NCBI GenBank assembly: GCA_000998275.1
Contig: LCDA01000004.1
Span: 4,360-68,359, forward strand
Reading direction: 5' to 3'
DNA from: Candidatus Collierbacteria bacterium GW2011_GWA2_42_17
GTDB lineage: Bacteria > Patescibacteriota > Microgenomatia > UBA1400 > MFAQ01
DNA length: 64,000 nt
The position numbers and the translations under genes were made by a program. This document shows, piece after piece, positions 48,653-58,908 of the stretch. The notes beneath the pieces are model-generated. The model saw nothing but the letters and a program-made list of their open reading frames with translations. It did no database searches and was not told the origin of the DNA. Each line of letters opens with the position of its first letter. Positions within the stretch are counted from its first letter, which is position 1.

Positions 48653-48958
48653 CTAAAGAGTAATCTCCACGTAATTTTTACTTTTCGATTTTTCCGGTAT
48701 CGGCTTCGTTTGGTTCTTGTTCTCCGTTTCAATAATCATTGGTTCTCCTCTTAGGATGCTACCAATTCGGGGTACTAACCAAAAACCCACTGTAATCGCC
48801 AAAATAATTATCAGTGTCCAAAATACCACCTTCCTCTCGGCAGCTCTTTCCTCTTTAGATTTCTTTCTTTTTTTTCTTTTAGGCACACCATCTCCCACAT
48901 TTTCGTCATCCTCACTGGGAATCTCAATATCCATATCCAGCTCTTCAGTTTTTTTCAT
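48653..48958 (-). CDS. hypothetical small protein (acidic N-terminus, Lys-rich, one TM)
   Basis: 101 aa, no motif. Confidence 0.3.
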   Translation of the reverse strand: MKKTEELDMDIEIPSEDDENVGDGVPKRKKRKKSKEERAAERKVVFWTLIIILAITVGFWLVPRIGSILRGEPMIIETENKNQTKPIPEKSKSKNYVEITL

Positions 48959-49934
48959 TTACTTTCCAAACATCAGTATTAATCAGACACTTGGGTTGTC
49001 TACCTTCTAAAGTATCATTCATATTGTCGGTCACAATTCTAGCCATCGCCAAACGGGCTTCCACCGTCGCTGATGCTGTATGAGGCGTCAATACCGTATT
49101 GGGTAAATCGTAGAATTCGTTCGGAATTTTCGACTCGTCCTCAAAAACGTCCAGTCCCGCACCGGCGATCCACCTTTCTTTTAAAGCAATTATTAACGCT
49201 TTTTCATCCACTACCGCCCCTCGAGCAGTATTTATTAGCAAAGCCGTCGGTTTCATTAATTTTAGTTCCCGCTCTCCGATCATATGTCTTGTCTCCTCAG
49301 TTAGGGGCACCGACAAACTTACCACATCAGCCAATTCCAACAGTTGATCTAAAGTGTGATAAACCACCGAGTACTCTTCCTCGAATTCTTCGTCTCGATG
49401 CCGATTGAAGTAAATTACTTTCATTCCCAAAGCCCCGGCCATCCTGGCCGTCCATCGCCCAATTCGTCCCAGGCCTACAATACCCATAATCTTATCCTTC
49501 AATCCTGTTCCTAAAAGTAAATCCGGTTCCCATCCCTTATATTTCCCGGCTCTAATAAATCTATCTCCTTCAACAATTCTTCTAAACAAAGCTAGTATCA
49601 GCGCAATCACTTCCTCTGCCACCGCCTCTGTCAGTACACCAGGCGTATTTGTTACACAAATTCCTCTCTTTGTTGCCTCGGCCACATCAATATTGTCAAA
49701 ACCTACCGCATAATTACTGACCACTTTAAGCGACGGCCCGGCCGCTTCCATTACTTCTACATCGATCTTCTCAGTCAGTAAAGAAATAATTCCTGCCGCA
49801 CCTTTTACACCCCTAAGCAAATCTTCTCTACTAATATCTTTCTTTTGCCACACCACCACTTCATATTTCTCTTTTAATTCCTTGAGGTACTTATCTAAAA
49901 AAACATGAGTTACAAATATTTTCTTTTTGTCCAT
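48945..49934 (-). CDS. D-isomer-specific 2-hydroxyacid dehydrogenase (GyaR/SerA-like)
   Basis: GIVGLGRIGRWTARMAGALGMKV NAD site and catalytic R/E/H. Confidence 0.8.
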   Translation of the reverse strand: MDKKKIFVTHVFLDKYLKELKEKYEVVVWQKKDISREDLLRGVKGAAGIISLLTEKIDVEVMEAAGPSLKVVSNYAVGFDNIDVAEATKRGICVTNTPGVLTEAVAEEVIALILALFRRIVEGDRFIRAGKYKGWEPDLLLGTGLKDKIMGIVGLGRIGRWTARMAGALGMKVIYFNRHRDEEFEEEYSVVYHTLDQLLELADVVSLSVPLTEETRHMIGERELKLMKPTALLINTARGAVVDEKALIIALKERWIAGAGLDVFEDESKIPNEFYDLPNTVLTPHTASATVEARLAMARIVTDNMNDTLEGRQPKCLINTDVWKVNEKN

Positions 49935-49941
49935 ATCTTAA

Positions 49942-50934
49942 TTAAAGCACACCCAAGGTTTCCTCCACCGTTTTCAACTTTCTTTTCATCCATTTTTCCA
50001 TCTCCTTTTTATACAGTAATCCATCTTTAGCTCCCAGCCTAGTCACCACTGAACCGCCGTTAGCTAGTCCCATTTTTAGCACCTCTTCAGCAGTTCTTCC
50101 TTGTAATAGACCTGCTACTACTCCAGAAACAAAGGCATCCCCGGCCCCCGTATCGTCAATTGATTTATTAGGATACGCCTCCATCTTTATCCACTTTCCC
50201 CCCTTCCACACCCCCGCCCCTCTATCACCGTCGGTAATCATCAACAGTCGTGTTCCTGCCTTCACAAACTTGCCCACCAAAACCTCTTCCTCTTCAAAAT
50301 TACCACCCCAAAACTCCGCTGCTTCCATTCGATTTACATTAAACAAATCAATTTTTGGCAAAAGGCGTAGCATTCTTTCCTTTTGCCCCAATTCTTTTTT
50401 TCCGGGATTAACTCCAACTTTGATCCCATGCTCCACGGCAAAATTCACCAAATCCTCCAGTAACTCCACTTCTCCCCCCAAGCTGGATATCTGAATCCAG
50501 TCGGCTTTTTTAATTTCTTCCCAATCAATTTCGTTTCTCTCAATCTCACCGCTTTCCCCGCGATACGTCACAATTGATCTTCTCCCGTCCGTCGCCACCA
50601 GCACTGCCGAAATACCCGTCTTTCCCTTAGTTCTTTGTAAGAAAGATAAATCCACATTTTCTTTCACCAATTCTTTCACCAATATTTCACCCAACTCATC
50701 ATCTCCAACCCTGCTTATCATTTTTACGGCTTCACCCAGTCGATGTAAACCAACTGCTACGTTTGTTCCTCCACCGCCACTCACCAGAATCCCATTTTCT
50801 GCCTCAATTTTTCCACCCATCACTTCACACATCGCCACCCCGCCTTCAACCTGATGACTCTTTAAAACTCGCAAACTTTTTGATTTCAAAAGCACATCAA
50901 TCACCGCTGCGCCAATAACCACTACTTTCTTCAT
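49942..50934 (-). CDS. PfkB-family carbohydrate kinase (ribokinase-like)
   Basis: DTGAGDAF motif and N-terminal GG motif. Confidence 0.75.
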   Translation of the reverse strand: MKKVVVIGAAVIDVLLKSKSLRVLKSHQVEGGVAMCEVMGGKIEAENGILVSGGGGTNVAVGLHRLGEAVKMISRVGDDELGEILVKELVKENVDLSFLQRTKGKTGISAVLVATDGRRSIVTYRGESGEIERNEIDWEEIKKADWIQISSLGGEVELLEDLVNFAVEHGIKVGVNPGKKELGQKERMLRLLPKIDLFNVNRMEAAEFWGGNFEEEEVLVGKFVKAGTRLLMITDGDRGAGVWKGGKWIKMEAYPNKSIDDTGAGDAFVSGVVAGLLQGRTAEEVLKMGLANGGSVVTRLGAKDGLLYKKEMEKWMKRKLKTVEETLGVL

Positions 50935-50988
50935 ATCTTTATTCTAAACTAAAAACCAATTACCCTTTTGTTATAATTCGACTAGCCT

Positions 50989-51780
50989 ATGCAAAGTTCA
51001 TCCTTTATCACCGTTATTGGGGTATTGTGTTTTGTTTTGATATTCGTCTACCGAATTCAGGCATTGCATATCAAAAAAATTTGGCATCTCTCCATTCAAC
51101 AAATCATCTTTCTCATCCTTATTCCGGGACTTGTCTTCCCTATGATCTTTTCCTACTTACAGTCGATGGTTCGCCTTCCCAGAAGTGATACCTCATTCTT
51201 TCCCGACGGTTTTCTGGTCAACATAATTTTGCTATCTATGATGTTTTCCTATGGTGGTATAGCTATACACGCCGTTACCAAAATGTTCTCTGGATATCTC
51301 AAGGATAAAAATAGTGAACTAGCTCAAATAAACAAATTTTTTCACTTAAATTTTTCTCACAATCTAATCTATAGCGGCATTGTCATTTCTTCACTCGGTA
51401 TAACGCTACTGGAAATAAATCATGTGCCCAACGATGGAATGACCAATCTCGGTTGGGGAATCTTTCGTGGAATTATCCTTGGACTCAGTTTTGCTATCTT
51501 TATTTATTACTACACTCGAGCATCATCAAACATCTATCGTGGTAGATGGAGTGATCTAAAACTTTTCTTTGGTGTCGCCTGGATAGGTTTTTCTTTACTT
51601 CTCTATATCATCCAAAAATTTGACATCGGCTTTACCGAGTACCAACTGCTTCTCCCCATGCTTCTTTCTTTTTCCATTGTTGCTGGTCTTAGTCTTATTT
51701 TAGTTATCAAAAAACTAAAAAATGGTGGTCTTCGCCTAGACTTCAAAAAGAAATTCGGGAAAATTCTTAAATTGGATTAA
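50989..51780 (+). CDS. hypothetical polytopic membrane protein
   Basis: About 7 TM segments, no motif. Confidence 0.35.
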   Translation: MQSSSFITVIGVLCFVLIFVYRIQALHIKKIWHLSIQQIIFLILIPGLVFPMIFSYLQSMVRLPRSDTSFFPDGFLVNIILLSMMFSYGGIAIHAVTKMFSGYLKDKNSELAQINKFFHLNFSHNLIYSGIVISSLGITLLEINHVPNDGMTNLGWGIFRGIILGLSFAIFIYYYTRASSNIYRGRWSDLKLFFGVAWIGFSLLLYIIQKFDIGFTEYQLLLPMLLSFSIVAGLSLILVIKKLKNGGLRLDFKKKFGKILKLD

Positions 51781-52526
51781 TCTTTATATACTATCTCCGC
51801 TAACTTCTTCGACACTTCGTTAGGATTCTCATCCTGCCACACGTTTCTGCCGATAGCAATTCCGGCTGCCCCGGCCTGCATCACCCCCCTAACCTCCTCT
51901 TCTAAATTTTCCCAATCTACTTTCTTTCCCCCTTGTGCCAACACTCCCGTTTTCCCGGCTGCCCTCACCGCCCAAGCAAAACTTTCCGGATCTCCTGTAT
52001 AAGGAATTTTTACAAAATCTGCATTCATCTCTAGTGCCAAACGTGCCCCGTAAGCCACCACATCTCGATCATTTTCCCTGCCAGCCACTTTTCTGCCTCT
52101 AGGATACATCCACGCAATTACAATCATTCCTCGTTCGTGTGCTTCATCCTCGATCCGGGAAAACTCCACCATCATTTGTTCTTCAAACTGACTTCCTACG
52201 TAGATGGTATAACCAACTCCGATTGCTCCCATCTCGGCCGCTTTTTTAACGGTACAAAGTTGTAAAGACAAAGGTTCTTCTCCCTGAAATGATGTTTTTC
52301 CATTAAGTTTTACGATAAGTGGTACTCCCGATTCTTTTTTATAATACTTTGCCGCAACCCCCTCTTGAAATACTACTCCGCTAAAATCGCCATTTTGGGC
52401 GATCTTCATAATGTAATTGGGGTCAACCGATTTTTCGTTAAAATCTACCGGACCATGTTCCATCCCCTGGTCATAGGCCAAAAGCATTACCTTACCTTTA
52501 ATCTCGATTCTTGAAGTATCAATCAT
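51777..52526 (-). CDS. class I fructose-bisphosphate aldolase, archaeal/DhnA type
   Basis: DeoC/FbaB-like TIM barrel, ...FVKIPYTGD... with a Schiff-base lysine. Confidence 0.7.
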   Translation of the reverse strand: MIDTSRIEIKGKVMLLAYDQGMEHGPVDFNEKSVDPNYIMKIAQNGDFSGVVFQEGVAAKYYKKESGVPLIVKLNGKTSFQGEEPLSLQLCTVKKAAEMGAIGVGYTIYVGSQFEEQMMVEFSRIEDEAHERGMIVIAWMYPRGRKVAGRENDRDVVAYGARLALEMNADFVKIPYTGDPESFAWAVRAAGKTGVLAQGGKKVDWENLEEEVRGVMQAGAAGIAIGRNVWQDENPNEVSKKLAEIVYKD

Positions 52527-53473
52527 ATTATTTTTCTTATTACTTTAATAACTCCATCTTTATCCAGTCCATATTTAGCCAACAATTCTTCTGGCTCTCC
52601 ACTTTCTCCAAAGCTGTCTCTCATCCCCATTCTTACCATTTTTGTAGGCCACTTTTCCCCCAAAACCTCAGCCACTGCCCCACCCAATCCCCCATTTATC
52701 TGATGATCTTCCAAGGTGATTATTTTCCCCGTTTTCTTTGCACTCCGTACAACTGTTTCCTCATCCAACGGTTTAATTGTATGTATATTGATAACTTCTA
52801 CCTCAACTTCACCCTTCAGCTCTTCTGCTGCCAGCAAAGCTTCATATACCAAACCTCCGCAAGCAAAAATCGTTACATCTTTACCGACTCTCAATACTTG
52901 TGCTTTCCCTAACTCAAATGGCGTCGTTGATGTTGTAAACATCGCCGTCTTTGGTCTGGTAAGTCTCAGATATACTGGCCCTTTGTGTTTAGCAATCGCC
53001 ATGGTTGCCTTCTTAGCTTGTTCAAAGTCTGCTGGCGCTACTACCATCAAATTCGGCAAAGCTCGCGTCATGGCAATATCTTCCAAAGCCTGATGGGTTG
53101 CCCCATCCGGTCCAACTGAAATTCCGGTATGTCCTCCCACAATTTTTACATTAGCATTGGTATAACAAACAGACACTCGCATCTGATCCCAGTTTCTCCC
53201 CGGATTAAAAACGGCATACGAAACAGCAAAGGGAATTTTTCCCGAAAGAGCTAATCCTGCCGATATCCCCATCATATTTTGTTCCGCTACTCCCACCTGC
53301 ACAAACCTCTCAGGGTACTGTTTTTCGAACTCGTCTACCCTCATACTTTCTCCCAAATCCGCCGTCACTACTACTACATTTTTATCACTCCTTCCCAACA
53401 AGACCATCGCTTCTCCAAAACCTTCTCTGGTGGCTTTTCTCTCTACGTTAATTATGTCGCTTACTAAGTTCAT
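52523..53473 (-). CDS. tktB: transketolase, C-terminal subunit
   Basis: Pyrimidine-binding and C-terminal domains; split transketolase. Confidence 0.85.
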   Translation of the reverse strand: MNLVSDIINVERKATREGFGEAMVLLGRSDKNVVVVTADLGESMRVDEFEKQYPERFVQVGVAEQNMMGISAGLALSGKIPFAVSYAVFNPGRNWDQMRVSVCYTNANVKIVGGHTGISVGPDGATHQALEDIAMTRALPNLMVVAPADFEQAKKATMAIAKHKGPVYLRLTRPKTAMFTTSTTPFELGKAQVLRVGKDVTIFACGGLVYEALLAAEELKGEVEVEVINIHTIKPLDEETVVRSAKKTGKIITLEDHQINGGLGGAVAEVLGEKWPTKMVRMGMRDSFGESGEPEELLAKYGLDKDGVIKVIRKII

Positions 53474-53474
53474 T

Positions 53475-54308
53475 TTATTTTAATTCCCATAAAGCTTTTT
53501 CCGCTTCTTCACTCGTTGGTGCTTTTCCGTGCCAACGAAAATCGCCCTCCATGAAACCTACTCCTTTACCGGCAACCGTCTTCATAATAACCGCCTTTGG
53601 CTGGTCGGGAAACAATTTCCCTTGTTCAAAAACAGCCATTATTTCCTCGTGATTATTTCCGTTAATCTCAAACACCCGCAAACCAAAAGCCGTCAGCTTA
53701 TCCCTTAGGGGTTCAATCGGCATCACTTCTCCTAAGTTTCCGCTAATTTGTATCTCATTTCTGTCAATCACAAAGGTCAAGTTTCCCAGACCATACTTAG
53801 CTGCTGTTTGGTATGCTTCCCATGTTTGTCCCTCCTGTTGTTCGGCATCACTGTCAATGCATATTACTTTCCACTTCTTCTTGTCCATTTTCCCGGCTAG
53901 CGCCATCCCTACGGCCACACTCACTCCCTGACCCAAAGGACCACCTGTATTTTCAATTCCCGGTAGCTGTTTATAGTTACTCCCAGGAAAATCAATTTGT
54001 CTTACCGGATGCCCTTGTAATCTTGTCCCCAATTTTCTTAGTGTTTTTAACTCCTCTACGGGAAAAAATCCGGCCAAAGCAAGAGCCGCGTACTGCACGG
54101 GGCAGTAATGTCCGCATGATAAAACAACCCTGTCTCGATCATCCCAGTATGGTTCATCTATCTTGAAATTTATTAGTCCTCCAAAATACAATGCTGCAAA
54201 AAGATCGGCTGTACCCAAAGGACCTGCCGTATGACCCGACTCGGCCAGTGTTAACATCTTAATTACCTCCACTCGAATTTCTCTCGCTTTATCCACCAAA
54301 TCTACCAT
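53475..54308 (-). CDS. tktA: transketolase, N-terminal (TPP-binding) subunit
   Basis: GHTAGPLGTADL..., TPP-binding GDG..E..N region. Confidence 0.85.
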   Translation of the reverse strand: MVDLVDKAREIRVEVIKMLTLAESGHTAGPLGTADLFAALYFGGLINFKIDEPYWDDRDRVVLSCGHYCPVQYAALALAGFFPVEELKTLRKLGTRLQGHPVRQIDFPGSNYKQLPGIENTGGPLGQGVSVAVGMALAGKMDKKKWKVICIDSDAEQQEGQTWEAYQTAAKYGLGNLTFVIDRNEIQISGNLGEVMPIEPLRDKLTAFGLRVFEINGNNHEEIMAVFEQGKLFPDQPKAVIMKTVAGKGVGFMEGDFRWHGKAPTSEEAEKALWELK

Positions 54309-54364
54309 ACATTCATTCTAAACCATTGTCGCACTACATACTTACGGTCGAAAGAAACATGAAG

Positions 54365-55000
54365 TTAATCAATAAACGCCTTCTCTCCACTTCCATCATC
54401 TACTACCGGTATTTCAGTTTGCTTATGATTATCCAAAACTTCATCAAACTCTTCCAAATACTTCAGCACCATTTCTGGAGTTGTCGCAATTCTATAAACC
54501 CGAAGAGCTCCCGGCCTTGCCCCTATCAACATGTTTTTCACCAAAGACTCTACAATCGGAAACCAAAAATCGCCATATAAAATCAAAGGTTTGTGATGTC
54601 CAAAATAAAGATAAGCCAAACCCCAAGCCATTCCAAACTCCGACAAGGTTCCCGTCCCTCCGTTAAAAATTACATAAGCATTTCCCAGTTCCAGAAGTTT
54701 CATCGTTCTGTCTACATAGTTATTCATGATCACTTCCCTGTCTGCCCTATTCTCTTTATCCTTTCCTTCAAAATTTTCAATAAATTTCGGATAAAATGTC
54801 GCTACCGTCGCGGTACCCCCACCCTCATGTGCTCCCTCAGTCGCCGCTCTCATCACTCCAGGACCCCCTCCATTTACAATCTCCAACCCATTCTGTGCTA
54901 ATAGCCGCGTCACATCTAAAACCTCCTTATAAAGAGGACTTTCCGGCGGACAACCTGCAAAACCGAAAACTGTAATTGCTTTTATATTTTTAAATGCCAT
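54365..55000 (-). CDS. LOG-family protein (TIGR00730 Rossmann fold)
   Basis: GGGPGVM and GGTGTLSE motifs. Confidence 0.7.
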   Translation of the reverse strand: MAFKNIKAITVFGFAGCPPESPLYKEVLDVTRLLAQNGLEIVNGGGPGVMRAATEGAHEGGGTATVATFYPKFIENFEGKDKENRADREVIMNNYVDRTMKLLELGNAYVIFNGGTGTLSEFGMAWGLAYLYFGHHKPLILYGDFWFPIVESLVKNMLIGARPGALRVYRIATTPEMVLKYLEEFDEVLDNHKQTEIPVVDDGSGEKAFID

Positions 55001-55008
55001 ATTTAATG

Positions 55009-55647
55009 TTACCCTATGTTTTCTAACCTTCGATAAACCTCAACTGGATTATCGGCTGTAAGAATCTCACTCCCCACCGCAAACTCCATTTTTTCTCCTC
55101 CTGCCTCCAAGCATTTCTTTATCGTTTCTTCATTCAAGCCACCATCAATTATTATCGTCACTGAAGGTGATAATTTCCTCACTTTTTTTATTTTTTCCAA
55201 TACTGCATCGTTAAATTCTTGTCCTTGAGCTCCAGCCTTCACACTTAATAACAAAATCGAATCCACCAAGTTCACCCACTCATCGAGTCCTGTCAGTGGT
55301 GTATCTAAATCAAAAGCTAATCCAGTTTTCATTCCCGCTTCTTCAGCTTTTGTAATAAAGTCCAGTTTATCTGTCATTTTTTCCACCTGTCCATACACCG
55401 TCGTTACTCCGGCAGCCACACATCTTTCCACCCATTCTCTTGGCTCAACTACCATCAAATGTGCCTCTACCTCAGCCATCGTTTCTATACTCAATAAAAC
55501 CTCGGGCATTACCGTCTCCACAGGGACAAATTTTCCGTCAATGATGTCCATCTGTACTCTATCGGCAAAACCTTCCACCTTTCCTAAATCCTCCTCAAAT
55601 TTACTTATATCCTTAGCCAAAATTGTTGGCACTATTTTATTCATCAA
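55009..55647 (-). CDS. rpe: ribulose-phosphate 3-epimerase
   Basis: IVPTILAKD..., MDIIDGKFVP. Confidence 0.85.
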   Translation of the reverse strand: MMNKIVPTILAKDISKFEEDLGKVEGFADRVQMDIIDGKFVPVETVMPEVLLSIETMAEVEAHLMVVEPREWVERCVAAGVTTVYGQVEKMTDKLDFITKAEEAGMKTGLAFDLDTPLTGLDEWVNLVDSILLLSVKAGAQGQEFNDAVLEKIKKVRKLSPSVTIIIDGGLNEETIKKCLEAGGEKMEFAVGSEILTADNPVEVYRRLENIG

Positions 55648-56081
55648 AGTAAGTTATCTAGCTTCATAACTCGTCTTTTGTAATTTTCTCCGTCGGCGAA
55701 TTTTTCCGTCAAAAATATCTTGATCATTCTCTGAACCAAAACCTCATCCACATAATCTGCCGGCACGGATAAACAATTGATATCGTCATCTGTTCTTCCT
55801 TTGACCACCGCTTCCTCTCCAAAAGCCAGTCCGCACCTCACTCCTACAAATCTATTTGCCGCAATCATCATTCCAAATCCATTTCTGCAAAATAAAACTA
55901 TTCTGTCTTCCTTTGAAACCGCTTCTTTAACTGCCGCCTTAGCATAGTCCACATAATCATCATCCGGGGTCAAAGAAGTTGCCCCTACATCAACCACTTC
56001 ATGTCCTTCATTTAAGAGCCAACTCTTAATTTTTTCCTTCAATTGAAAACCCCCATGATCGGAACCAAGTATTACGTGCAT
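55644..56081 (-). CDS. rpiB: ribose-5-phosphate isomerase B
   Basis: MHVILGSDHGGFQLKEKI. Confidence 0.85.
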   Translation of the reverse strand: MHVILGSDHGGFQLKEKIKSWLLNEGHEVVDVGATSLTPDDDYVDYAKAAVKEAVSKEDRIVLFCRNGFGMMIAANRFVGVRCGLAFGEEAVVKGRTDDDINCLSVPADYVDEVLVQRMIKIFLTEKFADGENYKRRVMKLDNLL

Positions 56082-56093
56082 ATATACAATATA

Positions 56094-56393
56094 TCAAAAT
56101 CCAAACTCGGCCTTTAGTTCATCACTCATTAAATCCTTACTCCAGGGTGGATCCCACACCAGTTCTACCGTTAATTCTTTTACTTCAGGCACCCCCTTCA
56201 AGGCGTCCTTAATTTTTTTGTCTATTACCGGTGCCAGAGGACATCCCGGAGAAGTTAAGGTCATTTCTATCTCTGCGACACCTCCTTCGTATCGGACATC
56301 ATAGATAAGACCCAAATCCACAATCGAAACCCCAAGCTCCGGATCAATTACGCTCTTTAATGCCTCTCTGATTTTGTCCTCGATCATTTTCAT
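56094..56393 (-). CDS. DUF59 / MIP18-family Fe-S cluster assembly protein (SufT-like)
   Basis: DPELGVSIVDLGLIYDV...TLTSPGCPL. Confidence 0.7.
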   Translation of the reverse strand: MKMIEDKIREALKSVIDPELGVSIVDLGLIYDVRYEGGVAEIEMTLTSPGCPLAPVIDKKIKDALKGVPEVKELTVELVWDPPWSKDLMSDELKAEFGF

Positions 56394-56614
56394 TTTTTCA
56401 TTCTAAACTCCGCCTCAATTAAGACAAACACTCCCCAGATTGCCGCCGTCAAACCCACCAACATCCATTGAGTACTGGCAAGCCACAAATCGGTTCCCAG
56501 AGCTCCAATAAAAGCCAAAATCACGCTCACTATTGAAAAATATATTAGTGCTTTCCCAACAGCCAATTTATCTTTACTTCTCATATTTTCACCTCCAATC
56601 TTGTTTCCGGCCAC
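56390..56614 (-). CDS. small hypothetical membrane protein
   Basis: 74 aa, two TM helices. Overlaps the ferredoxin-like ORF at its 5' end. Confidence 0.3.
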   Translation of the reverse strand: MAGNKIGGENMRSKDKLAVGKALIYFSIVSVILAFIGALGTDLWLASTQWMLVGLTAAIWGVFVLIEAEFRMKK

Positions 56615-56826
56615 ACCGTTTCTCCGGTTGCCGTATTAATAACTTTTATCGCCATGTTTGGACAAGCTTGAGCGGCAAGTATCTTTTCCTCGTCACTATT
56701 TCCATCTTGATCAATTAACTCTGCTTTGCCGTCGCTTCCCATTCTAAAAGTCAAACCGGCTAAATTTACACAGGACCGGGCACCGATACACTTATTCTTG
56801 TCAATCATCACCTTGAATTTGGTCAT
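56581..56826 (-). CDS. small ferredoxin-like protein (3 Cys)
   Basis: The start is probably MTKFKVMIDKNKCIGARSC... with Cys ligands at C-x5-C and ACP. The longer ORF-track version overlaps the reductase gene. Confidence 0.5.
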   Translation of the reverse strand: MTKFKVMIDKNKCIGARSCVNLAGLTFRMGSDGKAELIDQDGNSDEEKILAAQACPNMAIKVINTATGETVWPETRLEVKI

Positions 56827-56857
56827 CACCGGTTCATCGTTCATTATCATCAGTTTA

Positions 56858-57565
56858 TCACGCGAATCGTTCATAAAAAATCTGTTCCTCGGGCACACCC
56901 ATGTCAATTAACTTTTTCTTCATCTCCACTACCATCTCTGGGTTTCCACATAAAAAGGCACTCGTTTTCTTTCCTTCAATCTTTATTTTGTCCGTTACGT
57001 CACCCACATGCCCCTGCACTCCGGGCCATTTTTCTCCCGGATGAGACAGGGCAATGTCCAAATGAAAATTATCATACTCTCTTTGTAGTTTATCCAGTTC
57101 TGCCAACCAATAAAGATCTTTTTCGAATCTCATTCCCCAGACTAAATGTATCTGTCCTCGAAAACCCTTGTTTATCAACAAATCCTCAATCATTGGTTTC
57201 AAGGGGGCCGCTCCAGCTCCTGTTCCTACAAACAATAATTTTTTCTGTGTTAGCAACGTGTCATCACTTACTACAAACTTACCCAAAAATCCTAACACTT
57301 CCACCAAGTCGCCCACCTTAAGCCCTAAAACATATTTTGACCCCACCCCCATCGGTGCCACATCCACCACGAGTTCAATATTCTTCTTATTTGGCAAACT
57401 AGCTACTGAGTATGACCTTCGTAAACCTTCCTCGTTTACTTTCAAACTTACAAACTGTCCCGGAATAAAATCTGCTTTTTCTTCAAGTTCAATTCCCAGT
57501 ACCCAGGTATCACCTGCCAAATTAGTTTTATAAACTACCCTTCCTGGCATCTTCTTTGCGTTCAT
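56858..57565 (-). CDS. ferredoxin-NADP+ reductase-like FAD/NAD(P)-binding oxidoreductase
   Basis: RSYSVAS (RxYS FAD motif), GTGAAP NAD(P) motif. 235 aa. Confidence 0.7.
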   Translation of the reverse strand: MNAKKMPGRVVYKTNLAGDTWVLGIELEEKADFIPGQFVSLKVNEEGLRRSYSVASLPNKKNIELVVDVAPMGVGSKYVLGLKVGDLVEVLGFLGKFVVSDDTLLTQKKLLFVGTGAGAAPLKPMIEDLLINKGFRGQIHLVWGMRFEKDLYWLAELDKLQREYDNFHLDIALSHPGEKWPGVQGHVGDVTDKIKIEGKKTSAFLCGNPEMVVEMKKKLIDMGVPEEQIFYERFA

Positions 57566-57581
57566 ATTTCAATAATAATCC

Positions 57582-58271
57582 TTATTTAACTCCAATCCAA
57601 ACTCCCACTAAAATCAAGGCTACTCCCAAAATAAATCTCATCCATTTGGTATTTTTATGTTCCCATTCTTTCATGTTCACAATTTGTTTTCCTCCTGCCA
57701 TCACCAGCAAAATAACAATTAGTGGCAAGATAAAAATCAAATTGTAATAAAGGAAAAATCCCAACACTTTTGCCATACCCAACCCTGACCTAGCAATTAC
57801 CGCCGTTGTTCCAATATAAAGAGGAAGCATACAGGGAGTTGAAAACACCGTTGTTAAAAAACCAATCAAGGCAGTCACTCCAAAACTGGCCTTAGACATC
57901 AATTTAGTTACTTTTTCAAAACCCTTCATACTCATCCGTAAGTGAATTGGCATATCGGGGAAAAATACATCTTTAAGCTGAATCAGTCCGGTAATCGCCA
58001 AAGCTCCTCCCACAATATATTTGAATACGCTTGCTAACCACCAACGTTGGATATAAAACGCCACACCATAAAACAACAACCCGGTCAGAAGATAAGTCAC
58101 AAAAACAGCCAAAATGTATACCACCCCTGTCTTTATTATCCAGTTTTTGTCCTTTCCTCTTCCTCCAAATACGATGAGATAACCCAAAAAGGTAATCATC
58201 ATTCCGATTCCACAGGGATTTAATCCGTTGGTTAAAGCGGCTGCTGTAAGTAATGGAATATTAATTCCCAT
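57582..58271 (-). CDS. ccdA: cytochrome c-type biogenesis / disulfide-reductant transfer membrane protein CcdA (DsbD family)
   Basis: Conserved Cys in the TM1 region (GLNPCGIGMM) and a second in FSTPCMLPLY. Confidence 0.75.
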   Translation of the reverse strand: MGINIPLLTAAALTNGLNPCGIGMMITFLGYLIVFGGRGKDKNWIIKTGVVYILAVFVTYLLTGLLFYGVAFYIQRWWLASVFKYIVGGALAITGLIQLKDVFFPDMPIHLRMSMKGFEKVTKLMSKASFGVTALIGFLTTVFSTPCMLPLYIGTTAVIARSGLGMAKVLGFFLYYNLIFILPLIVILLVMAGGKQIVNMKEWEHKNTKWMRFILGVALILVGVWIGVK

Positions 58272-58908
58272 TGTTCTTTTTAAGTAATTCCGTAACCTTA
58301 TCCATCACAAAATCCACCGCCATCTGTTCCCCATTTACGTAGATAGTCGGTGTTCCCGAAAGCCTTAAACTGTTACCCAAGTTGACATCCTGTTGCACTA
58401 CCTCAGCTACTTCAACCGAGTTAAGTTTTTCTTTAAATATTTTTTCGTCCAGACCCAAGCTCTTGGCATACTCCACCAACATATCTTCAATCTTTGACTC
58501 ACCCGTCCATTCTTCCTGTGTGTCAAAAAGTAAATCTATCATCTCAAAACCCTTACCCATTACTCGAGCTGCTTCTACCGCTCTGGCCGTAATTATTGAA
58601 TTTTTGTGAATTCCTAGTGGAAAATGCCTAAATACTATTTTCACCCCTGGTATATTATCACTGTATAAACCCCCGATTAAACTATGTGCTCTTTTACATG
58701 CCGGACACTCCATGTCGGAAAAATTGACCACCGTCACTACTGTTTCTCCATTCTCTTTAACTAGTTTTGCTCCATCCAACAATATACTCTGATCTGTCGT
58801 GAGGTTCGTTCCCGTACCACTCATTTTCGACAGTCCAAAGATTACCACCATCATCAAAGCGGCACTCCCTAATATTATTTTTAGTATTAATTTCCAATCG
58901 TTAGTCAT
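58261..58908 (-). CDS. DsbA-like thioredoxin-fold thiol-disulfide oxidoreductase (membrane-anchored)
   Basis: CPACKRAH CxxC active site, N-terminal TM. Confidence 0.7.
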   Translation of the reverse strand: MTNDWKLILKIILGSAALMMVVIFGLSKMSGTGTNLTTDQSILLDGAKLVKENGETVVTVVNFSDMECPACKRAHSLIGGLYSDNIPGVKIVFRHFPLGIHKNSIITARAVEAARVMGKGFEMIDLLFDTQEEWTGESKIEDMLVEYAKSLGLDEKIFKEKLNSVEVAEVVQQDVNLGNSLRLSGTPTIYVNGEQMAVDFVMDKVTELLKKNNGN